Counted from the stretch's first letter, positions 29,721 through 40,289 are shown. The stretch: 64,000 bases of DNA from an uncultured Thermoleophilia bacterium (GCA_963757255.1 CAVWQY010000004.1:172897-236896), one strand, 5' to 3'. A program made the numbers and translations. The notes: generated by a model from the sequence alone, not told the origin.

Positions 29721-32675
29721 CTAGCTCGACTCGTCCCACTCGGACATCGGCGTGTACGTCCACTCGCCGTCACCGTTCTCGGACGGCAGCTCCGGCTCCG
29801 GGCGCGACGCCCGTTCCGGCTCCTGCTCGGCCTCGAGGGACGGCTCGCGCTCGCGTTCGTCGGCAGGCGCAGGCTCGAAGTCCGGCTCGAGGCCGCTGTC
29901 GGCGCGTGCGTCCGACTCCGGGTCGAGCAGCTCCGTCGCCGCCGCCTCGCCCGCGACGAGCGGCTTCTTGCGGCGGTTCTTGCCGCCGCGCGAGCCGCGC
30001 CGCGTGCGCTTCTTCGCCGTGGTCGCAGTGCCGTCGCCATCCTCGGCCTCGCCGAGCTCGCGGCCCGGCACGTGGATCACAGGCCCCACCGGGCCGTCCT
30101 CGTCGGGACGGTCCTCGGCATCGACCTCGGCAGCGGCGACGGCCTCGACCGTCTCGACGGCCTCTTCGACGACCGGGCCCGCCTCGGTTGCGGCTTCGCC
30201 ACCGTTGGCGCTCGCAGCCGCCGCGCCCGGAGCGCCGGCCGGCTTCTTGCGGTTGCGCCCGCCTCGGGTGCCGCGGCGCGTGCGCTTCTTCGCGAGGCCT
30301 CCCGGTGCGCCGGCTGCCGTCTCCGCCCCGACTGCGTCGGGATCGTCCACGGTGTCGTCGAGCTCCTCGGCTTCGTCGATGTCGGCGTCGTCGAGCTCGA
30401 TCTCGTCGGGCTCGGAGTCGTCGAGCTCCGGTTCGTCGTCCTCGCTGTCGACGAGCTCGCCCTCGCCCTCGGCCTTCCGTGTCGAGGGCCGCTTCGCCCG
30501 GGTCGGCTTCTCCGCCTCCGACTCGGCCGTCAGCGGGTCGTCGCCGGGCGTGACCGGCGTGAGCAGCTCGGCCCACGCCATTCCTTCGGTGATCGCCGTG
30601 ATGCGCACCTTCACCCGCTTGCCGACGAGCGTCGCGGCGTCGCCGACGACGACGTCGATGTCCTCGACCTTGCCGGCGCCTGCATGCTGGTCGTGGAGGC
30701 CGACCTCGCCGAGCTTCACCTCGAGCTCCTGGCCGACCTCGACGGGAACCTTCGGCGCGACCTTCTCCAGCGTGCCCTGGTCGAGTACGCGGAAGTGGTC
30801 GAGATGCTCGCCTTCCTTCCCGACGAGGAAGAAGACGCGCTTCGTCGTCTCCTCGAGCTCGCGCAGGCGCGAAGCGCCCGGGCCCGCGATGAGGCTTGCG
30901 ACCTTCGCCGCCACCTCGACCTTGAACGCCTTCGAGCGCGACCCGGGAGTCGGCAGCATCCGCAGCCTGCGCTCGATGTCGACCGCGGCCGTGTGCTCGG
31001 AGATGACGATCCCGTCGCCGCCGCAGGTCGGGCACTTCTTCGTCATGATCTCGCGCGGCCCGTCGGTGACGTTCTGACGCGTCATCTCCACGAGGCCGAG
31101 CGGTGAGATCTCGACGACGTAGGTCTTCGTCCGGTCGCGCTCGAGCTCTGCGCCGAGCGCCTCCTCGACCGCGGCCCGGTTCTTCGGGCTCGCCATGTCG
31201 ATGAAGTCGATGACGATGATCCCGCCGACGTCGCGCAGACGCAGTTGGCGGACGACTTCCTTGACAGCCTCGAGGTTGTTCTTCGTGATCGTGTCCTCGA
31301 GGCGCGCGCCCGACTTCCTCGAGCGCGAGCCGACATAGCGGCCGGTGTTCACGTCGATGACGGTGAATGCCTCGGCGTAGTCGAAGATCAGGTAGCCGCC
31401 CGACGGCAGGTCGACCCGGCGGCTGAGCGTCGACTTGATCTCCTGCTCGACGCCGAACACCTCCATCAGCGGCTCGCGCTCCTTGTAGCGCGACACCCGC
31501 TCGGCCATGTGCGGCGACGTCTTCTTCAGGTAGCCGACGATCCGCTTGTAGGTGCGGTCGTGGTCGACGAGCAGGCGCTCGAAGTCGCCGGTGAAGAGGT
31601 CGCGGACGACCCGCAGCGGCAGTTCCGCCTCCTGGTAGATCAGCGAGGGCGCGGTCGCTTCCTTCGCCTTCGCCTCGATCGAGCGCCACAGGCGCTGCAG
31701 GAAGTCGAGGTCGCGCTCGATGTCCTCGGCCGACGCTCCTTCTGCGGCGGTGCGAACGATCACGCCGCCCTTCTTGGGCGCGTGCTCCTTGAGGATCGCC
31801 TTCAGGCGGTTGCGCTCCTCGTCCTCGAGCCGGCGTGAGACGCCGAGGCCCTCGCCGTGCGGGACGTAGACCACGAAGCGGCCGGGGAGCGAGATCTCGG
31901 TCGTGAGCCGCGCGCCCTTCGTCTTCATCGGGTCCTTGACGGCCTGGACGAGGACGTTCTGGCCGCGCTGGATCAGATCCTGGATCTTCCGGGCGCCCTT
32001 GCGCCCTTCGAGCTCGGGCCCGACGATCTCGTCGACGAAGAGGAAGCCGTTCTTCTCGAGACCGATCTCGACGAAGGCCGCCTCCATGCCGGGCAGGACG
32101 TTGTCGACGACGCCGAGGTAGATGTTCCCGGCGATCGACCGCCGTTCGGGCCGCTCGAGGTAGACCTCGGCGACCTTGTCGTCCTCGAGCACGGCGACGC
32201 GCTTCTCGCCGGCGTCGACGGAAATGAGCAACTCGCGCTTCGCCTTCGGCAGCGGAGCCCGCTTCGGGGGCTGCCGGCGGCGGGACGGCTGGGACGAGCG
32301 CTCGCGGGGCTTGCGCTCGGTCGTCTTCTCCGCAGGCTTGCGCTCCGGGGTCTTCCGCTCGCGCGGGGCCGGCTCGGTACCGGCCGCGGCGGCAGCCGTC
32401 GCACCTTCGACCGGCTTCTTCTTCCGGTTGCGTCCACCGCGTGTCCCGCGGCGGCGCTTCTTCGGTGCGTTCGGATCGGTGGGGCTCGGTTGTCCGGCGG
32501 GCTCCTGCGTCTCCGCAGGTGCCTCGACGGTCAGCGGTTCAACGTGCGGTGCTTCCGCGGCAGCCGAAGACGGCGCCTTCTTTTCCGACGGCTTGCGCCG
32601 GAACCAGGGCAGTGGCAAACGATCTCTCCTGTGATGGACGCGCGCGCAGCCTCGCGGTGCCTTCGTACTGCACAA
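29721..32675 (-). CDS. rne: ribonuclease E/G family (actinobacterial RNase E type), start uncertain
   Basis: S1 and catalytic core GNIYLGVVDNVLPGMEAAFVEIG, FVVYVP, IIVIDFIDM and CPTCGGDG. Arg-rich N-terminal tail and acidic/Arg-rich C-terminal tail. Confidence 0.9.
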   Translation of the reverse strand: MCSTKAPRGCARVHHRRDRLPLPWFRRKPSEKKAPSSAAAEAPHVEPLTVEAPAETQEPAGQPSPTDPNAPKKRRRGTRGGRNRKKKPVEGATAAAAAGTEPAPRERKTPERKPAEKTTERKPRERSSQPSRRRQPPKRAPLPKAKRELLISVDAGEKRVAVLEDDKVAEVYLERPERRSIAGNIYLGVVDNVLPGMEAAFVEIGLEKNGFLFVDEIVGPELEGRKGARKIQDLIQRGQNVLVQAVKDPMKTKGARLTTEISLPGRFVVYVPHGEGLGVSRRLEDEERNRLKAILKEHAPKKGGVIVRTAAEGASAEDIERDLDFLQRLWRSIEAKAKEATAPSLIYQEAELPLRVVRDLFTGDFERLLVDHDRTYKRIVGYLKKTSPHMAERVSRYKEREPLMEVFGVEQEIKSTLSRRVDLPSGGYLIFDYAEAFTVIDVNTGRYVGSRSRKSGARLEDTITKNNLEAVKEVVRQLRLRDVGGIIVIDFIDMASPKNRAAVEEALGAELERDRTKTYVVEISPLGLVEMTRQNVTDGPREIMTKKCPTCGGDGIVISEHTAAVDIERRLRMLPTPGSRSKAFKVEVAAKVASLIAGPGASRLRELEETTKRVFFLVGKEGEHLDHFRVLDQGTLEKVAPKVPVEVGQELEVKLGEVGLHDQHAGAGKVEDIDVVVGDAATLVGKRVKVRITAITEGMAWAELLTPVTPGDDPLTAESEAEKPTRAKRPSTRKAEGEGELVDSEDDEPELDDSEPDEIELDDADIDEAEELDDTVDDPDAVGAETAAGAPGGLAKKRTRRGTRGGRNRKKPAGAPGAAAASANGGEAATEAGPVVEEAVETVEAVAAAEVDAEDRPDEDGPVGPVIHVPGRELGEAEDGDGTATTAKKRTRRGSRGGKNRRKKPLVAGEAAATELLDPESDARADSGLEPDFEPAPADEREREPSLEAEQEPERASRPEPELPSENGDGEWTYTPMSEWDESS

Positions 32676-32757
32676 ACGGGCGCGCGTCGCGGTTGGTGTG
32701 GAAAAGCCTTGGCATAGGCCTTCCGGCAGGGTATCAGCGACCGGTCAGGCGGCTCCG

Positions 32758-32964
32758 TCAGGCGGCTTCGACCACCGGCCGGAGCTTGGAGCGGCGGGTG
32801 CGGATCGCCCGCAGACGCTGGGTGAGCCGCGCCCAGGCCCAGGGCTCCAGTTCCCCGTAGCGTGGCGCCGACTGGCCCCTGGTCGCCTCGAGGTACTCGA
32901 ACCACGCGTCGGCTTCCTCGATCAGCAAGAGCTCGAGCGCTTCCTGGTTACCGGTCAGGGGCAT
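32758..32964 (-). CDS. hypothetical small protein (68 aa)
   Basis: ATG 32964 has GGAGGTG 7 nt upstream. High GC3. Confidence 0.5.
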   Translation of the reverse strand: MPLTGNQEALELLLIEEADAWFEYLEATRGQSAPRYGELEPWAWARLTQRLRAIRTRRSKLRPVVEAA

Positions 32965-33034
32965 GCGGGCGTCACCTCCGTTTCGATCCTCGGAGCGTAG
33001 GTCCTGGACCGGACGGAGCCGGGCGCTCTCGTGC

Positions 33035-34363
33035 CTACGGCTCGGAAGTCTCGGCGAGCCGGCGGGCGAGGAACCGCCGCTCGGCGTCGGTGCCGACGAG
33101 CGAGAGGGCGTCGCGATAGCTCGCTGCGGCCTCGCGGCTGCGGCCGAGCCGCCGCAGGAGGTCCGCCCGGGTAGCGTGCAGGAGGTAGTAGCCCTCGAGC
33201 GCCGGCTGGAGCGCTTCGACCCGCGCGAGGCCCGCCGCGGGGCCGTCGGCCATCGCGACCGCAACCGCCAGGTTGAGCTCGACGACGGGCGACTGCAGGA
33301 CGGCGGCGAGCTCTTCGTACAGCCCGACGATCGACCGCCAGTCGGTCTCGCCGGCGTCGGCGGCCGCCGCGTGGCAGCCGGCGATCGCGGCCTGGAGCTG
33401 GTAGGGGCCGACTCGCCCGTCCGACAACGCAGCGTCGAGCAGCGCCTGCGCCTCCGAGATCGCCTCGCGATCCCAGAGGGAGCGATCCTGCTGGTCGAGT
33501 GTCACGAGCTCACCGCTCCCGTCGAGCCGCGCGTGCCGCCTCGACGACTGGAAGAGCAAGAGCGCGAGCAGCCCCGCAGCCTCGGGCTCCTCGGGCATGA
33601 GCTGCACGAGTGCGCGCGCCAGCCGGATCGCGTCGTCGCACAGGTTCTGCCGGACGAGGTCCGCGCCCGCCGAGGCCGCGTAGCCCTCGTTGAAGAGCAG
33701 GTAGAGCACGGCGAGGACGCCGGCCGTGCGACTCGGCAGCAGGTCGGGTGGCGGGACGCGATACGGGATGCCCGCGTTGCGGATCTTCTGTTTCGCCCGG
33801 ACGAGCCGCTTGGCCATCGTTTGCTCCGGCACGAGGAACGCCCGCGCGATCTCCGACGTCGTCAGTCCGGCGAGCGAGCGGAGGGTCAGCGCCACGCGGG
33901 CGTCGAACGCGAGCGCCGGATGGCAGCACGTGAAGATCAGGCGGAGCCTGTCGTCGGGGATCTCGTCCTCCTCGAGCGGCTCGTCGTCGGCGTCCACGGT
34001 CGGGTCGGCTCCGATCAGCTCGAGCTTCGTCGCCTCGACGGCGCCGCGGCGCAGGCGGTCGAGCGCCCGGTTGCGCGCGACCGTCGTCAGCCACGCGCCC
34101 GGGCGCTCCGGCACGCCGTCGCGGGCCCACGACCGGAGCGCCTGCTCGAACGCGTCCTGCGTGCACTCCTCCGCCACGTCCCAGTCCCCTGCCACCCGGA
34201 TCAGCGTGGCGACGACACGGCCCCACTCCTCGCGGAACGCCGCGGCGACCGCCGCCTCCGCCTCGGTTCTCAGCCCTGCCAGAACGCCCGGACCTCGATG
34301 AACCCGACCTTGGCAACCGGGTGCTTGGACGCCACCTCGATCGCCTCGTCGAGATCCGCGCAC
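33035..34363 (-). CDS. ECF-type RNA polymerase sigma factor with long C-terminal TPR-like extension (type usually paired with YciI)
   Basis: Region 2 FREEWGRVVATLIRVAGDWDVAEECTQDAF and region 4 LAGLTTSEIARAFLVPEQTMAKRLVRAK. The only canonical start (GTG 34363) overlaps yciI by 94 nt, so the start is uncertain. Confidence 0.8.
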   Translation of the reverse strand: MRGSRRGDRGGVQAPGCQGRVHRGPGVLAGLRTEAEAAVAAAFREEWGRVVATLIRVAGDWDVAEECTQDAFEQALRSWARDGVPERPGAWLTTVARNRALDRLRRGAVEATKLELIGADPTVDADDEPLEEDEIPDDRLRLIFTCCHPALAFDARVALTLRSLAGLTTSEIARAFLVPEQTMAKRLVRAKQKIRNAGIPYRVPPPDLLPSRTAGVLAVLYLLFNEGYAASAGADLVRQNLCDDAIRLARALVQLMPEEPEAAGLLALLLFQSSRRHARLDGSGELVTLDQQDRSLWDREAISEAQALLDAALSDGRVGPYQLQAAIAGCHAAAADAGETDWRSIVGLYEELAAVLQSPVVELNLAVAVAMADGPAAGLARVEALQPALEGYYLLHATRADLLRRLGRSREAAASYRDALSLVGTDAERRFLARRLAETSEP

Positions 34364-34611
34364 TCGAGGAGATCGAAGCCGCCGATCTGCTCCTTGGTCT
34401 CGGCGAACGGCCCGTCCGCGATCAGCAACTCGTCGTTGCGGACACGCACCGTCGTCGCCTCCGTGCTCAGGCCGAGCCGGTCGCCCTGCAGGCGCACCCC
34501 GCGACCGTCCATCTCGCGCACCCAGGCCTCAGCTCCAGCTTGCATCTCCGCCTCGCCTTCCGGGCCGAGGTCCAGGGTTTCGTCTCCACCGATGAACAGC
34601 AGGTACTTCAT
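34270..34611 (-). CDS. YciI-family (DGPF) protein
   Basis: MKYLLFIGGDE..ADGPFAETKEQIGGFDLLECADLDEAIEVASKHP. Confidence 0.88.
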   Translation of the reverse strand: MKYLLFIGGDETLDLGPEGEAEMQAGAEAWVREMDGRGVRLQGDRLGLSTEATTVRVRNDELLIADGPFAETKEQIGGFDLLECADLDEAIEVASKHPVAKVGFIEVRAFWQG

Positions 34612-34824
34612 CGTCGTCCTCCTTGCGTCGTTGCCACGGTAGACGGAGCCGCGAGGCGATCAGCCCTGCGCGAGCGTCGAGCTCACGCTGCTCCGCGGCT
34701 GATCTCGAGCGATATGCCTCGGTGAGCATGTACTCGTAGAACGGTCCCATCATCAGGACGACGAACGAGAACCGGCGAGAAGGACATCACTCCAGTCGAA
34801 CCTGGTTCGCTCGTTGAACCCGGT

Positions 34825-35583
34825 TCAGACACCAGTGCGGGCGGCGAAGTAGGCCAGTGCCGCCTCGCCGACCGCCCGCGTGCCCGTGTAGGCGATCGAG
34901 CTCTTCACGGCCCAGCCGGCGACCGGCACGACGTCGAGCAGCTCGCGAGCGACCGCGCGCATCCCGAAGCCCGCACCGACCACGCCGAACAACTCGATCG
35001 CGAGCCGTTGGTCGAGCTGCTCACCGTGGGCGAGCGCGATCCGCAGAACGAGCCGGACCTGGTTCAGCGTCAGCAGCGGCATGTCGACACCGGGCACCCA
35101 GACCGCCGCCGCGATGAGGGCGTTGCGGTTGGAGAACGCCTTGATCAAGTGGCCGCAGACCGCCTCGCGCAGCACGGGCAGCCGTGTCGCAAGGGAGGTG
35201 CCGCTCTCGCCGAGGCTCCGCGCGATCGCCTTCGCGATCTCGTCGACGGGGAAGCCTTGCCCCGGCGGCACGTGGACGATCGCCGTCGCGAGCACGTACG
35301 GGACGCTGTCCTCGTCGGTGACCGCGACGATGGGAATGCCGGCATGTGACGCGCTGTGCAGCTGCGCTTCGTCGGCCGGGCCGATCCAGACGAGCACCGC
35401 AGCGCCCTCGATGCGGCCCTCGACCACCGCCGACTCGTCACCGCCCGCGCGCAGATCGCGCGCGAGGATCGGAACGAGCTCGCGGGCACCCGCGACCGCG
35501 AGCGGACGCGGGTCGCCGACGCCACTCCGCAGCTCACGGAGGATCGCGAGGACACCGAGTGGGCCGAGCCCCGCCACTCTCAT
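34825..35583 (-). CDS. hypothetical protein, possibly DUF697-like C-terminal region
   Basis: The ATG overlaps the rodA stop (ATGA). 252 aa. The domain guess rests on the hydrophobic C-terminal half only. Confidence 0.5.
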   Translation of the reverse strand: MRVAGLGPLGVLAILRELRSGVGDPRPLAVAGARELVPILARDLRAGGDESAVVEGRIEGAAVLVWIGPADEAQLHSASHAGIPIVAVTDEDSVPYVLATAIVHVPPGQGFPVDEIAKAIARSLGESGTSLATRLPVLREAVCGHLIKAFSNRNALIAAAVWVPGVDMPLLTLNQVRLVLRIALAHGEQLDQRLAIELFGVVGAGFGMRAVARELLDVVPVAGWAVKSSIAYTGTRAVGEAALAYFAARTGV

Positions 35584-36770
35584 GCGCGCCTCCGTCCACG
35601 GCCGGTGCTGCGCAGGTGGATCGCCTGCAGGATCCCGATCGCGAGGAAGTTCGTGATCATCGACGAGCCGCCCACGGAGACGAACGGCAACGGAATGCCG
35701 GTGATCGGCGCGACCCCCATCGTCATTGCGCTGTTCACGAACACCTGGAACAAGAACATAAATGCAAGGCCGCCCGCGACTATGGCGCAGTAGAGGCTCT
35801 TTGCGCCGGCGACGATCTTCAACGCGCGCCAGACGATGAGCAGATAGAGCAGCAGCAGGATCGAAGCGCCGAAGAAGCCGCGCTCCTCCGCGAGTGACGC
35901 GAACGCGAAGTCCGTCGCGTGCTCGGGCAGGTAGTTGAGGCGCGTCTGGGTGGCGCCGAGGATGCCGCGGCCGCGCAGCCCGCCGGCGCCGACGGCCGTG
36001 ATCGACTGGCGCAGGTTGTACGTCGCGCCGCGCGGGTCGTTCGCCGGGTGCGTGAAGCCCGTCAGGCGCGCCGCCTGGTAGGGCTTGAGCACGTTGACGC
36101 CGCCGGCCGGCAGCACCCAGAGCACGGCGAGCGCCGCTCCCACGGCGACGGCGCCGAGGACGGCGAGATGCAGCCACCGCACGCCTGCGACGAACAGCAC
36201 GGCGGCGAACGCCGCGGAGTAGACGAGCGCCGTGCCGATGTCAGGCTGCAGGAAGACGAGCACGATCGGCAGCAGCCCGTAGCCGAGCGCCGCAAGCAGA
36301 CCCCGCGCGCCGGTGATCGAGCGCGAGCGCTCGGCGAGGAAGCCGGCGATCGCGAGCACGAACAGCACCTTGCCGAACTCGGACGGCTGGAAGGTGAAGA
36401 AGCCGACGTCGATCCACCGCCGCGAGCCGCGCGTCGCCGCACCCGCGACGAGCACGAACAGCATCAACCCGAGCGTGCCGAAGTAGATCGGCCGGCGCAA
36501 CCGCAGGTACCGGTCGGGGTCGACGAAGAGCACCGCGACGAAGAGAATCGCGCCGACGCCCGCGTAGAGGCCCTGCCTCGTCACCGCGGAGCCGCCCGGG
36601 TCGTGACGGGTGATCCCGTCGATCGCCCAGAGGCCGTATCCCACGACGCCCGCGAGTGCGGCCAACAGCAGCCAGTCCAGGCGCCGCAGCACCGCGCCGA
36701 GCCCGACGGCCTCGGCCTCGCGGCGCGGGCGGAGCCCGCGGGCTCTCGGGTCGATTGCTTCGATGCCCAT
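35580..36770 (-). CDS. rodA: SEDS-family peptidoglycan glycosyltransferase RodA
   Basis: 396 aa. Motifs FQPSEFGKVLFVLAIA, LQPDIGTAL and HTDFAFA-type (EHATDFAFASLAEERGF). Confidence 0.92.
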   Translation of the reverse strand: MGIEAIDPRARGLRPRREAEAVGLGAVLRRLDWLLLAALAGVVGYGLWAIDGITRHDPGGSAVTRQGLYAGVGAILFVAVLFVDPDRYLRLRRPIYFGTLGLMLFVLVAGAATRGSRRWIDVGFFTFQPSEFGKVLFVLAIAGFLAERSRSITGARGLLAALGYGLLPIVLVFLQPDIGTALVYSAAFAAVLFVAGVRWLHLAVLGAVAVGAALAVLWVLPAGGVNVLKPYQAARLTGFTHPANDPRGATYNLRQSITAVGAGGLRGRGILGATQTRLNYLPEHATDFAFASLAEERGFFGASILLLLYLLIVWRALKIVAGAKSLYCAIVAGGLAFMFLFQVFVNSAMTMGVAPITGIPLPFVSVGGSSMITNFLAIGILQAIHLRSTGRGRRRA

Positions 36771-36772
36771 GC

Positions 36773-38806
36773 TCAGTCGCTCGGGTGGCTGGTGGGGGTG
36801 GCGGACTTCTTGAAGTACTGCTCGAACACCTTCAGCGCCGCCGGCGCCGCCGCTGTCCCGCCGTGGCCGCCGTTCTCGATCACGGCGCAGACGACGATCG
36901 TCGGCGCGTCGAACGGCCCGTAGCCGCACCACCACGACTGCGTCAGGTTGAGAGGCGCGGGATACCCGGGCAGGGTGACGTTCTTCTCTGCGCTGCCGGT
37001 CTTCCCGGCGATGTCGATCGGGAAGTTGCCGAACACGCCCGACGACGTGCCGAAGGACGCGTGTGTCGCCTCCTCGAGGCCCTGCTGCACGTAGCGCAGC
37101 GCAGTCGGGTCGACGCCGGTCGGCTGCGGCGGTTGCGCACCGAAGCGGCGCAGGATGCGAGCCTGGTCGCCGTTGTTGCCGGTCTGCTCGACGTCCTCCG
37201 CGAGATGCGGCGTGACGAGCTTCCCGCCGTTCGCGATCATCGCGTAGAGCCGCGCCATCTGGAGCGGCGTCACGAGCACCTGCCCCTGCCCGATCGCGAG
37301 CTGGATCGAGTAACCCGGCTTCCAGACCCGGTCGACGTACCCCTTGCAAGGCGGGCCGCCGTAGTGCGTGCAGCGCCACTCGGGCGTCGGCATCAGGCCG
37401 GCAACCTCGGGGCTCGCGTCGATTCCCGTCTTCTCGCCGAGACCGAAGCGGTTCGCCCACGCCTGGAGGGGATGGCCGCGGTCGGCGGGAAGCACGTAGA
37501 ACCGCCGCCCGAGCTCGTAGAAGTAGGTGTCGCACGACTCGGCGAGGGCGGTCTCGAGATCCATTCCCGTGTTGATCAGCGGCGTCCAGTTCAGGAACTT
37601 CTGCTTGTACGCCGTGTACGTCCCGGTGCACGGGATCGACTCGAACGGAGTCATCAGGTTCTCCTGCATGGCGGCGAGCGCCGTCACCGGCTTGAAGGTC
37701 GAGCCGGGCGGATACGCGGCGTCGATCGCACGGTTGATCCCGGGGTAGTTCGCCGCGGCCGCCGCCTTCGGATCGAGCACGGGCGCGAGCTTGGACGCGA
37801 CCTTGTGGCCGACGTAGATCGACGGCTGGTACGTCGGGTACGACGCCATCGCGAGCACCGCCCCGTCATTCGGGTTGAGCGCGACGATCGCGCCGCCGTC
37901 GGCATGCTCCCCCTCGATCCCGCTCACGCGCGCGAGGTGGACGCCGTAGCGAAGGGCCTGCTCGGCGACCTGCTGGAGCTTGATGTTGATCGTGAGCCTC
38001 AGCGCTTCGCCGGGGCTGAAGTTCGTCTGCAGCGTGGCGGGGCCTTTCGGCCGGCCGAGCGAGTCGACCGTCAGCTGCGCGGTGCCGTCCTTGCCGCGCA
38101 GGTACGAGTCGTAGGTCGACTCGATCCCGGCCTGGCCGATCGAGTCCGACGGGGCGTACCCCTTGCCCCTCATCGCCTTGACCTCGCCGGGCGAGATCTG
38201 GCCGACGTACCCGAGCACCTGCGCCGCGAGCGACTTCCACGGGTACTTGCGCAGGTAGCTGTGCGCCAGTCGCACGCCGGGGAAGTCGGCGTCGTGCTCT
38301 CGCAGATAGAAGATCTGGTCCTGGTGCAGGCCGTTCTGCACGACGATCGGCGTCAGCGGGTCCTGGTCGTGCTCGCGGAGCTGCGTGAGCATCGACTTCA
38401 CGGTGACGCCGGTGACTCCGGCGAGGGCCCGCAGCTCCTTCCGCTGGGCGGGCCAGTTCTTCGGCAGGTCGGCCGGCCACAGCTCCACCCGCGTTCCCGG
38501 GACGTTCGTGACGATCAGGCGTCCCTGGCTGTCGAGGACCGGCCCGCGCGGCGCCTCGATCCGGATCGTGCGCACCCGGTTGTCATTCGCCTGCGCGAGA
38601 TAGCGGTCGCCCGACAGGACCTCGAGCGCCCACAGCCGCAGGAAGAGGAGCGCGAACACTCCCAGCGCGAGGAACGCGAGGATCGCGACGCGGAGCGCGA
38701 GCTGCGGGGTCAGGCGGTAGGGCTCGGAGGTACGCGGGTCGCCGGGTAGGAACCTGCCCGGCGCGTTGGAGCTAGCCAAGGAGCCGCACCTCGCGCACGC
38801 GGTCAC
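36773..38806 (-). CDS. mrdA: penicillin-binding protein 2 (elongasome transpeptidase)
   Basis: Dimerisation domain plus transpeptidase motifs STFK (PPGSTFKPVTALAAM) and KTGSAE (matches the KTG motif). Start is GTG 38806 or TTG 38779. Confidence 0.92.
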   Translation of the reverse strand: MTACARCGSLASSNAPGRFLPGDPRTSEPYRLTPQLALRVAILAFLALGVFALLFLRLWALEVLSGDRYLAQANDNRVRTIRIEAPRGPVLDSQGRLIVTNVPGTRVELWPADLPKNWPAQRKELRALAGVTGVTVKSMLTQLREHDQDPLTPIVVQNGLHQDQIFYLREHDADFPGVRLAHSYLRKYPWKSLAAQVLGYVGQISPGEVKAMRGKGYAPSDSIGQAGIESTYDSYLRGKDGTAQLTVDSLGRPKGPATLQTNFSPGEALRLTINIKLQQVAEQALRYGVHLARVSGIEGEHADGGAIVALNPNDGAVLAMASYPTYQPSIYVGHKVASKLAPVLDPKAAAAANYPGINRAIDAAYPPGSTFKPVTALAAMQENLMTPFESIPCTGTYTAYKQKFLNWTPLINTGMDLETALAESCDTYFYELGRRFYVLPADRGHPLQAWANRFGLGEKTGIDASPEVAGLMPTPEWRCTHYGGPPCKGYVDRVWKPGYSIQLAIGQGQVLVTPLQMARLYAMIANGGKLVTPHLAEDVEQTGNNGDQARILRRFGAQPPQPTGVDPTALRYVQQGLEEATHASFGTSSGVFGNFPIDIAGKTGSAEKNVTLPGYPAPLNLTQSWWCGYGPFDAPTIVVCAVIENGGHGGTAAAPAALKVFEQYFKKSATPTSHPSD

Positions 38807-39284
38807 CGAGCTCGAGCGGCGGGAACATGCGGCGGACGAGCGCGTAGACGGGCAGCGTCAGCAGCAGGTTGAGCAGCAGCCCGAGCGGCAGGCCGTGCAC
38901 GACGAGGCCGGCCGGCGCAGGCTGGCCGAGGAGAAACTGGAGCGCGAGCTGGCCGAAGGCGAACAGGAAGGTCACCACGGCGACGGAGAGGAACGGCGCA
39001 TGGAACCGGTCGCGGGCCGTCGTCTCGCCGTACCGGCCGATCCAGAAGCCGGCGATCGTGAGGAGGAGCGCCGAGACCCCGAGCGTCCCGAGCGTCGCGA
39101 TGTCGAGCAGCAGGCCGATCCCGAACCCTGCGATCGCCCCGAACACCGACCCGCGCAGGAGCGCAAGAGAAAGCAGCGCGACGAGGACGATGCTCGCAGT
39201 GCGAAACGCGCTGTACTCCGTCAGCACGGCGAGCTGCAGCAGCGCCACGACGAAGAGGAGAAGAGCGGCCTTGACGCCGTCCAT
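38772..39284 (-). CDS. mreD: rod shape-determining protein MreD
   Basis: 170-aa polytopic protein. The ATG overlaps the mreC stop (ATGA). Position between mreC and mrdA supports the call. Confidence 0.8.
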   Translation of the reverse strand: MDGVKAALLLFVVALLQLAVLTEYSAFRTASIVLVALLSLALLRGSVFGAIAGFGIGLLLDIATLGTLGVSALLLTIAGFWIGRYGETTARDRFHAPFLSVAVVTFLFAFGQLALQFLLGQPAPAGLVVHGLPLGLLLNLLLTLPVYALVRRMFPPLELGDRVREVRLLG

Positions 39285-40240
39285 CAGGCCTTGGGGACCA
39301 GGACGATCACGGACTGCAGCGAGGTGAAGTCGACGAGCGGCTCCACCTGGATGTTCTTGAACGCGTTGACGTCGTTGTTCGACGCGCTCGACACCGTCCC
39401 CACCGGGATGCCGCGCGGGAACATCGACGGCAAGGCGCCCTTGCCGAGCGTGCCGGCGGTGATCACCGTGTCGCCGATGCCGACGAAGTCGCCCTTCGAG
39501 ACGAGGTCGAGCACGAGCACGTCGCTGCCGCCGCCGCCGCGCTGGATCACCCCGACGGCAGCCGGGTAGGTCAGGTCGGTCGCGGTCACCCCGCTCTGAC
39601 CGTCGGTGAGGAGGGTGACGCGCGCGACGCTCGACCACACCCGGTCGACGGTGCCGACGAGCCCGCGCGTCGACGGGTCGACGACGACGTTGCCCGCCCT
39701 GAGCCCGTCCCTCGCGCCGGCGGCGATCGTCACGCTCTGGTCGATCGGGCTCTGTGGGTTCGTCAGGATCGCCGCGCCGACGCGCCTGAAGTCCGCAATC
39801 GACGGCGGGCCCTTGTAGCGGAGCTGCGCCTTGAGCTGCACGTTCTCCTGAACCGCCGACTCGTCCTGGATCACCTGCTGGCGCAGTTTCTCGACCTGCG
39901 TGCGGAGCTTCTTGTTCTCCTGTTTCGCGCTGATCAGGCCGTGCGTCCAGCCGACGGCGTCGCGGAACGGCCGCGAGACGCGATCGGCGGCGACTTCGAA
40001 GGGGCGAAGGATCCCGGCGACCGTGCCCTGGGCGCCGTCGAGCGCGCTCGAGCGGAACGAGACCGTGATCAGGACGAGCGAGAGCAGCACCAGGCCGCCC
40101 ACGACGATCCGGCGCTTGAGGGCACTGGAGCGACTCGAGGGATAGCCGGAGGCGGCGGTGCGCTGGACAGACGAGCCCAGGACCGCGAGGCGGACGGTCC
40201 GGTTGCGAGGCACTGCACCAAGCCTAGCGGCGATGAGCAA
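39284..40240 (-). CDS. mreC: rod shape-determining protein MreC
   Basis: N-terminal TM segment, coiled coil (ENKKLRTQVEKLRQQV) and beta-barrel domains. Start is TTG 40240 or GTG 40213. Confidence 0.85.
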   Translation of the reverse strand: MLIAARLGAVPRNRTVRLAVLGSSVQRTAASGYPSSRSSALKRRIVVGGLVLLSLVLITVSFRSSALDGAQGTVAGILRPFEVAADRVSRPFRDAVGWTHGLISAKQENKKLRTQVEKLRQQVIQDESAVQENVQLKAQLRYKGPPSIADFRRVGAAILTNPQSPIDQSVTIAAGARDGLRAGNVVVDPSTRGLVGTVDRVWSSVARVTLLTDGQSGVTATDLTYPAAVGVIQRGGGGSDVLVLDLVSKGDFVGIGDTVITAGTLGKGALPSMFPRGIPVGTVSSASNNDVNAFKNIQVEPLVDFTSLQSVIVLVPKA

Positions 40241-40289
40241 TCGAACCGCGGTCCGGGGCGGAAAGGCCCTTCCGCCCCGGACCGCGCGA

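Noticed and set aside
29721-32675. RNase E N- and C-terminal Arg-rich and acidic tails as evidence of a gene fusion or frameshift
   Set aside because: The frame is continuous with high GC3 throughout. Long disordered tails flanking the catalytic core are normal for actinobacterial RNase E.
34529-34753. 74-aa ORF upstream of, and overlapping, yciI
   Set aside because: It has no SD, overlaps the yciI start by 83 nt in another frame, and its second half is Arg/Pro-rich. There is not enough support to call it a gene.
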